From the NCBI GenBank assembly GCA_050273025.1, contig CP158635.1, positions 868,001-932,000 of the forward strand: a stretch of DNA of 64,000 nucleotides, written 5' to 3'. Source of the stretch: Cenococcum geophilum. Lineage: Eukaryota. A program made the position numbers and the translations under genes. This document shows positions 54,534 through 64,000 of this stretch, in pieces (the first letter of the stretch is position 1; every line of letters starts with the position of its first letter). The notes under the pieces are model-generated. The model was not told where the DNA came from. It was given only the letters and a program-made list of their open reading frames with translations, and searched no databases.

Positions 54534-57500
54534 ATGGCAGACCTTACTGTAATTAAGTGTAGCAAGTGCTGTATCTATAAGCCCCGTCTTAACTTTGTTA
54601 AAGATGGCCCTTTAAAGAAGCTTTTAAAGCTGTGCCAGTTATATCGGTTAAAGGCGCGTATTCCCTATATACTACTTCTACTTCTGCCTACTTTTCTAGG
54701 CCTCTAAATATAGTTCAAATAAGCGGAGAGCTCTTATAGAGCTAGGTTCTACTACTAAGAATTATCCGACAAGGCGCTAGCAAACTGCTCTACCTAAAAA
54801 CGATACCGAGAACGCCTTTCTGCCTCGTGGCTAGAATAGCTAAGATACCCCTAAAATAGCTTAACGGCGGAAGACAATTAGGGCAATATAACGGGAGTAC
54901 CGCATTCTTAATTGGCGGGGTAAAGCTTACTTACCTACTCCTCCGCTATATACTATAGATAAAGCTCTATATAGTAGAAGAGGCACTCTAGATGGCCCAA
55001 ATACGTCCTTTCTAGAACTAGCTCTTATGCCTACTCTACCGCTAATACCTACTCCGACTACGGCCACACTACTACCCGTTTCGGCTGTTAATTGGGAGCG
55101 AGTTAAGAAGTTTAGGAGTATACTATAGGCTGAATATATAGAGACGTATAGTTGTTGTAAGGAGCAGTGGTTCTAAATGGGCCTAGTTATAGAGGGTGAT
55201 AATATAGGTATATATAAAGCCTGTATTAAGGACGCTAATAGTCTTAAGGATCTAACCCTTTCTCCCTTATTTAGTGAAAGTAACGGGCTTAATCTAGGGC
55301 CTATTCCTAGCTTCCTGCCTATACTTACTGCGGTAGAGGAGCTTCTAATTGCGCGCGTATACGTTTATCTGCAAGTCGTGCGTGTACGCGGCTAGCAACA
55401 TTGCTATACTGGCCATATCTGCTACTTTGGCTAGAATACACCAAAGACTTAGACGCAGCTACTACGGCTACCTACTAAACTCGATATACTAGTCGTGAAG
55501 CCTACGGTAGTAAATAGTAGCGAATACTTAAGTTAACGGTTTACTAAACGGTATACCGTAAGGCGCTCTGCTATATTACTATAGCTTTACTTTCTAAAAG
55601 TTAATTATTCTAATTATTGTGACGTTAAAATATGTAGCACCTAACTTACCAGCTTACCCAAAAATGGCTCTATATTAGATTAGCTACCTTATATTAATAA
55701 GCCAGAGTAAGGTTCTAGTGGCCTGACGGCTTAGCTTACTCCTAGGTCATAGGCTACGTTAGCTTCTATAAGCAATTCTGCTCCTATACAACGTCCTCCT
55801 ATCGTTAATCCTCTATCTGTTAAGCTTAGCAGTAATATACTAGATAGCGAATTTAATGACGACGTACTAGATACTTTGGTTCCTAATCTAGTACCTAGCC
55901 TTAATAAATTAGAGCTTTTAAGTCGCGAGGTTTAACACTAATAAGACCTATAAGCGGGCCTAGAGGTTCCTACTATGCGGTAAACGCCTCTCTCTAAGCG
56001 ATTAGCTAGTTTTATTATACGCGGCGCCTTTCTTACTCTATTTCCTTATAGTAAAGCCAATTTTAATATACCACGAAGCCGTACAGTTACCCTAGCTGCG
56101 TACGCCAAGCATATACTTAAGTATTAGGACGGTTGGTTTAGCCGCTACCCCTTATTCCGCTACTACGTGTTTAATTAGATTATAAGAGAGCAAGCCCTTA
56201 GCACTACCCGCTTCCTTTACGGCCGATTAAATAAAAATAGTCTATCTTTAGATAAGCTTAATGATCTTATAAATGGTAATAGGGGTAGCCAGTTAGTAAA
56301 TAAGATTATATGGCATATATAGAACCTTAAGGGCACTAGACCTTACTAAAGGCAGAAGAGAAATAAGCTTACGGCCTATACTAAGAATATTAAAAGCGGG
56401 TCTCTATTCTTTACACTAAGCGCTACTAATCTATATTAGCATAATCTATACTTTTATATACCTCTATTTAATAAATATAAGGCTATTAATAAGGCTTAGC
56501 GCTACTAGATTACTTCTTAAAATCTTAACAATAATCCGCATATTGCTACTTACTGGCTATATCGCCGCTTTAATCTGTTTAGGAAACACGTGTTTATAGG
56601 CCTATTTAATAGTACTAACTTTTAGTTCTAATATAAGTAGTAGGTATAAGGTAGCGGCTATATATATAGCTTCTTATAGAGTTTAACAGCCCTAAGGCTA
56701 GATCCGTTAGCTAGTAAGTTAAGGGCAGCTTTTGCTAAGTACTGGAATACTTTTATATCCGTAATTAATCCTAATTAATCTAGGCCTTTTAATCTCCGAT
56801 ATCCTTCTGCTCTTAGCTATAAAGAGTAGCTTAATACCAGTAAGCTTCTTACTGCCTGCCTTAATTAATTTTAACAGTACTGTAATTGCACCAAATCTTA
56901 CTGCTTAAGATTAAAGAAAGGTTCTACTAGAGCAAAGAAGTGCCGCTTCTATTTTCCACGCTCTTTTTGTAATAAGGCCGCTGTATTAAAGGATTAAAAT
57001 CTATATTACTAGACGTTCTGTCCATAGCGTAACGATAAGCTTTTTAATAATTATAATATAGCTATAATATTGGCGTGGATGGCGAATATTAATACGTTAC
57101 CCGCTATAAGCATATTAGTAATAGTTAACTATATAGGCAAATATTGCAGTAAGGAAGAGAAGAAGTTAACTTCCTACCAGGAGTTACTCTAATTAGTATA
57201 GCCGCACGCTAATAGCCTTTATGCCTTTAGTTCGGTCGTGGCTAGATTTATAAATAAGCTTATTACTAAACGCGATTAGTTAGCGCAGGAGGTATACTAT
57301 TTACTTTTTAACATTCCCCTTTATAAAGGCTCTAGGAATATAGTAACTTTATACTACCGCTAGGAGGATGATTAGAGCGCTATATATAAGTTTACAGATG
57401 GGTAACTAAGAGTGCATAGACTATCTAACTATAAGAAATATAAGCGCCGCCTAAATAGGGTAGAGGACGTTATCTTCCTTAACTTTCTTCTCTATTTTAA

Positions 57501-59480
57501 TTACTCTACTTATAAGCGTCGACTAAGAGCAAGGCCTTAAGTTATATCGTACTTTCTATAATATAACGGCGATCCTTCCTATCCGCAGTATCTTAAGTTC
57601 TGCCGCGTAAAGCTTATTCTTTATTACCCGTGGAGGGAGTATAAGGAAGTAGCTACTTATACTAATAGATTTGGGGCTCCTAATTATATGGCTTCCTATT
57701 AGGCTTGTGTTAACTTTTATTAGCATTAGCCTAACTACTTCTATAATTGGAAACTAGAGGAAGGTCGTGAAACTGCTAATATTAATAAGTTTAAGGGCGA
57801 TTTCGCAGACGACTTAGAGCTATACCAGTCCTTTAAGGCCCTACATGCCCACGTTTAAAATACTAATAGAGTTAAAATTAAGGATCCTAATAGGCTTGGT
57901 AATAGGGAGCTTAATTATAACTATAACTAGAGTACGCATTAGGGTACGTACCCGCAGCTTAATAAAAGGACTTATTAGCAGGAAGTACGGCTATAGCCTC
58001 TACCGTAGAGCCGCCTATCCCAAATAGCAACTCCGTCCTCCTTATAACTAGGTTAGCGTTATATCTATAATGTTATAGTTAATTACTATAGGCAGATCTA
58101 AGTGGGCCTTAGCCCCCCCCTACTGCGGATTAATATTAATAGAGAGGTAGAAACCGGTAAGTTATATCTTATTGCTATTCTGTCTACTACGCTCTATAAT
58201 ATAGCTATGTCTAATAGTAAGCCGTCGCCATTAGTTTAAGCTACCCCTACTAGAGTAGCTGCCTTTAATATTAACGGTAGAACTATATATAAACTATTAA
58301 GGTTGCTAATAAATCGCCCCTTTAAGGAATTACCTGCTGCTAGTCTTACGCCTCTATAATAAGCTTTTAAGCATATTTACTATCTTATCCTTAATAAGAA
58401 ATCTATAATTAGGCAAGTATATCTGGTCTAGATTAATCGCTGCCTCCGTTAGATCTACCCTGTGCGTAACAACGACTACTTTAGAGGCTTAAATATCTTG
58501 CTAATAGGCGATTTCTATTAGCTTCCCCCTGTAGGTTAGGCGGCCTTATATAATAATCTACCCGCTAGGCCGTTAGAGCTCGCCAGCTATAAAAAGGGAG
58601 CCTATAAGGCGATTAACCGAACTACTGTCCTAGATTAAGTTATATGGTAGGGCGGTAATAACGCTAAGAGCTTTGTATTTAGGACCGCCCTCGCGGAGCT
58701 ATATAGTAATTCTATAAGTAATTCGACCTAAAAGCTTCTTTTAACTAGGTATAAGCAGGGCCTATCTACTAATAAGGTTGCGGGCTTTAATAATATAATT
58801 CAGCTATATGGCATACACGCTACTATAGGTAAGTATAATACTATTCGGCTTCGCGACCTTTTATAGCCGGTAGTGGCTATTAAGTTAGTTAATACTAGTG
58901 TAGGTGCGTGGAAAGCTACTTCTAATTAGTACAGTACTATAGAGAATTTAGCCCTATGTATTAGCGCGAAAGTAATACTAATATAGAATATCTGGGTTAA
59001 ACTAGGCTTAGTAAACGGTACTACTGGTATAGTTAAAGATGTTGTATAGAAGGAATACGCGGATATTAAAAAGGATTAGCCCTAGTTACTATTTATTATA
59101 GTAAATAGGTATAACGAACCTGCCCTATTTACTCGGCAGGATAGTAAAAAAGTTATCCCTATCTTTTCCGTGCTTTATAAGTAGGAGGGTATAAGAGGTT
59201 TTTGCTTACGGCGTTAATTTCTAATTACTCTAGCTTTTGCTCTTACTGTATATAAAAGCTAAAGCCTAACGCTTAACCGGGTAGTTCTAAATATTAAGGA
59301 AAAGGATAAGATAGCCGGATTAACCTATATAGCAATCTCACGAGTTAAGAAGCTTTTGGGGCTTATATTTAAATGTAAATTTAATAAGGAACGATTTTAG
59401 TTATTTATAAGTAAGACTAAAGAGGTATAATAGGAAGATTTTGTACGGAGGTAGTAGCAACTACTTATAAACGACTTTTC
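54534..59480 (+). pseudogene. Helitron Rep-helicase (Helitron2/FoHeli-like: Zn finger, DUF6570-like, HUH Rep, PIF1 helicase), RIP-inactivated
   Basis: ATG 54534 with CxxC; LPILTAVEELLIARV (DUF6570-like); LFFTLSA; RIP-altered YEWQ.RGSGHIHG (HUH, ~56630); NYIGKYCSK (Y2, ~57130); Walker A TGK ~58155; PTRVAAFNING; ILNKKSII (from DEKSM); GDFY*LPPV; LGLVNGTTG; LTVYKS*SLTL; AISRVK. Confidence 0.9.
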
Positions 59481-60206
59481 CTAATTAGGAAATTATATAC
59501 TGGCTTAGAGGTAAGCGGAGAATATAGCATTCGTCTTGGTTTTCTAACTTTTAAATAGCTTAACCGCGAAATCTAATTTTCTAACTTTTAACCCCCCTAT
59601 CCGTTCTACCTTCTTACCGCTTCTAGAGCTATTAGATATACATATAATGGTATATAGGGAGAATTGGCAGCATTGCCGGATCAATATTGTTGCTGTCTAT
59701 AGCGTTAATTGATTTTTAAAATTTTTTAATTTTTTTTAAAGGGCGGAAATGTTGCTTATATAAGAAGTTACGTAACCTCTGAGAATATATATATAATTAC
59801 AACAATTCCTAACTAAGAACCCTCTTTCTAACCTTATAGCCTTACTTAAACTACTTCTACTACCTTTGTAGTATCTTAAGCTTCTTTACCTATTAAACAA
59901 ATAGACGATTAACCCTAGTTAATAAACGTACCTAACCGACAAACGAACTAATAAATTAAATTAAAAGTTCTGAAAGTCTAAATAAGGTTCTGCTAAGACG
60001 CTAGCTAAACCCTAACCTAGACCCTTCCTAACCTATTAAATTCTAAAAATAACGACCTCTACTGAATTAAAAATTAACTTTAAATATTTAAGGCGTCTCT
60101 ACTACTACAGTAGCCACTACAGTGACAGAGACACCCTATATTTTAGTAAGCAATTAAGCCTATCCTGTACGAGAATCTTATGCTATTAGTACTTACTAAA
60201 TTACGT

Positions 60207-61200
60207 GCTTATAGGGCCTCCTATCTATAAATACTCCCTCCTTTATACCTTCCTCTCTTCTTTTTTTTTTCCTTATAGTGGCTAGAGGTGCTCTAATACC
60301 CCTTTCTAGTCCCCACTAAGGGATCTATTAGTTGATGTGGCAATATAGACAGCATTAGATAAGGAGATAGGTGAGAAAGAAGATAGAAAGGACGGAGGAG
60401 CCTCTAGTAAGTGTTAGTTAAGCAATGACAATGGCTATATTATAGCTGCCTAATCTCCTATACTTGTAGGTTTCCTCCTATCTATAAATACTCCCTCCTT
60501 TATACCTTTCTCCCTTCTTTTCTTCTTTCCTATAAGAGCTAGAGGTGCTCTAATACCCCTCCCTAGTCCCCACTAAGGGATTTATTGGTTAATGTGGTAA
60601 TATAAACAGCATCGGACGACGAGACGGGCGAGAGAGGATAGGAAGGACGGGGGAGCTTTTGGTAAGTGTTAGTCGAGCAATGTTACTGGCTATATTATAG
60701 CTGCCTAATCTCCTATACTTGTAGGCCTCCTCCCGTTTATAAATACTCCCTCCTCTATACCTTTCTTTCTTTTTTTTTTCTTCCCTATAAGAACTAGAGG
60801 TGCTCTAATACTCCTCCTTAGTCCCCACTAAGGGATCTATTAGTTGACGTGGTAATATGGATAGCATTAGACGATAAGACGGGTAAGAGAGGACAGGAAG
60901 GACGGAGGAGCCTCCAGTAGGTGTTAGTTGAGTAACATTAATAGCTATTTATAGCCGCCTAATCTCCTATACTTGTAGGCCTCCTCCCGTCTATAAATAC
61001 TCCCTTCTTTATACCTTTCTTTCCTCTTTTCTTCTTCTTTACTGGAGCTAGAGGTGCTTTAATACTCCTCCCTAATCCCCACTAAGGGATCTATTAGTTA
61101 ATGTGGCGATATAGACAGTATCGGATAAGGAGATAATGGGTAAAAGAGAAGATAAAAAGGACGGAGGAACCTCTGGTAGGTATTAGTTAAGCAACATTAA
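60207..61200. repeat. Tandem array, about 4 copies of a ~255-bp unit
   Basis: Unit start CTTGTAGGCCTCCTCCCGTCTATAAATACTCCC (or variant) at ~60207, 60463, 60718 and 60973; GTCCCCACTAAGGGA-like core recurs in each copy. Confidence 0.92.
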
Positions 61201-62354
61201 CGGCTAGTTTTTATTACCTAAAGATTGCGTTACGTAACGATATTTGGGAACATAAATATATACCCCGTCCCGTACTCTACCACTACTAAATATTCTAGAT
61301 TTTGTACTTGGAGCTGCTTATAATAGGCATTCCTAAAATATCTGCTGGTTTAAAGCTCTACAACTAAACGTTGTTAACGGTTTATATAGGGGTTGTTAAT
61401 TAAGCTCCCGGGATATAATTTTTAAAGTTTAATACCATACCACTATTATAACCTTCTTGTAGTGGCCGAGCCACCCCTAATCTTCTACCCTCCCTTTCTT
61501 CCCCCCTCTTATTGCTTGGTGCCGAGTTATTACATTATTACCGAGCTATTGCGTCGTTGTATATCCGAACTGGTGGGCAACGATATAGTTAATTAATTAT
61601 ATTAGGCGTCGCTACTATAGCCGCACCGCCTCTACCCGTTAGGGGGAGAAGTCTTAGCATACTGTTATGTCTCTTCTTATATGCGTATTTAATTAAGTTA
61701 GGGTAGTAGACTTTAATTCCAGCTATGCGGCGATTTATTTATTAGGCATTAAAAATATTTAGTATATAAAGCTTTAAATTGGAATTATAATCTACTATAT
61801 TAGATCCTACGTAGAGGGCTCTATATTAAAGCTCTGCAGTCTAAATATATACTAGATTCGTGACCAATATAACCTTTAAGCTTAGTTTAAGTAGGGCGCC
61901 TTAGTTACTGTAGTAGATCCTTACCTAGCGGTGACCAAGGCGCCTTAGTCTTACTACTACTTCTAAATTAAGTAAAAGCTCTATATAGGGGGGTCCCAGG
62001 GGGTCTCCCCCTGGAAAACCTCATCTCTATATATATTAATTAAAGTCTATATAATAAAGCTCTAAATTACAAACTTGGGTCAAAATTTTAGTTGGGGGGC
62101 CAACTATCCGCATGTTAAAATATAGAGCGTTATTAGTAGGGTTATAGGGGGTGCTTTGTAATGGCTTAAGGCTCTCCGCTGACTTATCCGGCCCCTCCAT
62201 TCCTAGAAATAAGTACCCCCTATAACTCTACCAAAACGGCCTTAAATTATATAAATAAAGGCTTATTTTATAGCCCTAGAATAGAGCTATAAATTAGGCC
62301 TCTATTTATAAAATATAGAGTTATATTAGTGGGGCTATAGGTAGTATATTATTT

Positions 62355-62449
62355 GGATATTATCCGGATATTATCCGATATCCGGGCTATCCTCGGATAA
62401 GATTATTATCCGCCCGACCGGATAGGATAATCTATCCTCCGCAGGTCTG
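62355..62449 (-). repeat. Right terminal inverted repeat of the CAGACCTGCGGAGGATAG family
   Basis: Ends CTATCCTCCGCAGGTCTG, the exact reverse complement of 39801-39818; full length aligns inverted to the RIP-degraded 40899-40985. Confidence 0.8.
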
Positions 62450-62454
62450 CTGGT

Positions 62455-62882
62455 TCCCCCCCCTCCGTGCACGGTCCCACTCAATGCATACCAAAATCAA
62501 ATATTGCCAAGCCTCGATTTGAGGCCGTAGAATCACATATAATTGATAAAATCGTCTAGATTTTTAATGTAGTAATCTACTAAGTTTCCTCATTTGAATA
62601 AGCTACTATATGAGATTTTCCGACCGTAGGAAGTCGTTAAATTTAGTGTTAAGCGCGAGTAGCCCTAGATATAACCACTCTATCTATTACCTTAATTGCG
62701 ACCTTTAAAATAACAATAAGAGATTGCCTAGAAGCTTATTTCTTCCGTCTACCTCCTCTTGTCAGTTTAAGGTCGTTTCAAAGCTGTAGATTTACTGCGC
62801 GAGCGTATATAGCCTCCTCTCTCTAGCGGCGTTTTTTTTTAGCTGCCTCCTTCTCTTGTTAAACCTTGGCTTGTATTCTAAC
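62455..62882 (-). mobile_element. Probable 3' remnant of a pogo/Fot1-like DNA transposon
   Basis: Minus frame gives a K/R/E-rich tail (RIQAKV*QEKEAAKKKRR*REEA) typical of such transposase C-termini; GTGCACGGTCCCAC end motif also appears inverted at ~28260-28275; no DDE core in the window. Confidence 0.35.
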
Positions 62883-64000
62883 TGTTACGGCACTGGCAGA
62901 ACTTGGCAGAACTTTGTACAGGCAAGTTGCCACAGATTGCCGCATATTGCGGTCACGTGACGCGAAGATCTTATAAAACATCAAGCGGCGCTGCTCTTCT
63001 TCTCCTTCCCTTTCCCTAGCTTTAGATTCTTATTTATAGACAATCCAATCGTACAGGCTTGCGCGTCCCTCTTACCGTACTTATGCCTTAATTAACTAAG
63101 TCGCTAATATTATCTAAAGCTTAACTACCCTCTTCTTCCTAAGAAGGAACTTAAATATATTTATAAGACTACAAACCAGAATAGAATATAGAACTAGACC
63201 TAAAGATTATTACTAGAACTTAAAGAATAGAACGGAACTAGAAAGAATAGAAAAGAATAAAATAGGACTTATAAAATACGCATAGACTAAAACCCCTATA
63301 GAAACCTACCAGAAATTATATAATACCCCTACTACTATACTACAAAATACAGCAGTAGGTAAAGCAGCTATAGGACCCTTAAATACCTTAGACAAAGAAA
63401 TAATTAATGTTTTAACCCCCTAGGCGGAGCTTACGGCAGCTAATACTAAAATTAAATAACTATAAGAGCTGCTTAAAGCTAGAGATACCCCCTATATCTA
63501 ATAATAAGTTATTCTTAGATAACTAAAGACTTGCTATAGTCCTTTAGGCCCTATCCTAGCGCCTTAGTAGATCTACTAAGGCCTATATAGTACCGAAGCG
63601 GTTAGCAAAGGTTATAGATCCCCTATTACTTACGGATAAAACAGACCTAATATTTAATAACTAGAAGCTTTAATTACCGGATAAGCTTAAAGTTAATACT
63701 AACTACTTTCCTACCCCCCGAGCTAAGATGGCCTATATCTTTAACCGTACTAGTAAAGATACCTAGACGTATTTACGCCTGTAATACACTAAAGACTTAA
63801 TAAACCCCTTTATCTCTAAAGAAGAAATAATTAAATACTTATCTTCTATTTATAAAGACCTTTTTAAAGTATAGAATGCTTACCTTAGCTATAAAAGCCT
63901 AAATATAAAAACAGTGGAGACCTTTTTAGCCTTCTAGACCCGCTTTTTATACCTAGTTAGATAGGCCTAGATCCCCTAAAAAGACCTACTGCTAGACCTC
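62883..64000 (+). mobile_element. Ty3/Gypsy retrotransposon 4, 5' LTR and gag (cut by window end)
   Basis: TGTTACGG start at 62883; gag-like KMAYIFNRTSKDT*TYLRL...EEIIKYLSSIYKDLF...ETFLAF*TRFLYL. Confidence 0.7.

Noticed and set aside
55177..55395. 72-aa ORF, and the 90-aa ORF at 54435-54707
   Set aside because: Fragments of the RIP-inactivated Rep-helicase
1..64000. Alternative genetic code or stop-codon readthrough to explain in-frame TAA/TAG
   Set aside because: LTR and TIR pairs show C-to-T/G-to-A transitions, and catalytic residues are also altered (e.g. YLDD to YLNN), which is RIP

Overview
Fungal (Pezizomycotina-type) repeat-rich DNA almost entirely degraded by repeat-induced point mutation (RIP): TpA excess and TAA/TAG where Gln/Trp/Arg codons are expected. 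1-14.3 kb is a block of RIP-destroyed host-like genes (patatin-like phospholipase, F-box-like protein, DUF7924-like nuclease-fold protein, a kinase C-lobe fragment and unknown ORFs), suggesting dead cargo of a giant element or segmental duplication. 14.8-38.4 kb holds two divergently oriented Ty1/Copia relics, each interrupted by a complete Ty3/Gypsy element with matching LTRs and a 5-bp target-site duplication (TSD). 38.4-39.8 kb is a RIP-free island with the only credible intact gene (256 aa, uncharacterised). 39.8-62.45 kb is bounded by CAGACCTGCGGAGGATAG inverted repeats and contains a minisatellite-bearing MITE-like unit, a Gypsy inside a solo LTR, a full-length Tad1-like LINE, a RIP-inactivated Helitron2/FoHeli-like Rep-helicase gene and a ~255-bp tandem array. 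The window ends in a probable pogo/Fot1-like remnant and another Gypsy. Protein calls come from manual translation with RIP back-correction and recall of family motifs; no database search was run.
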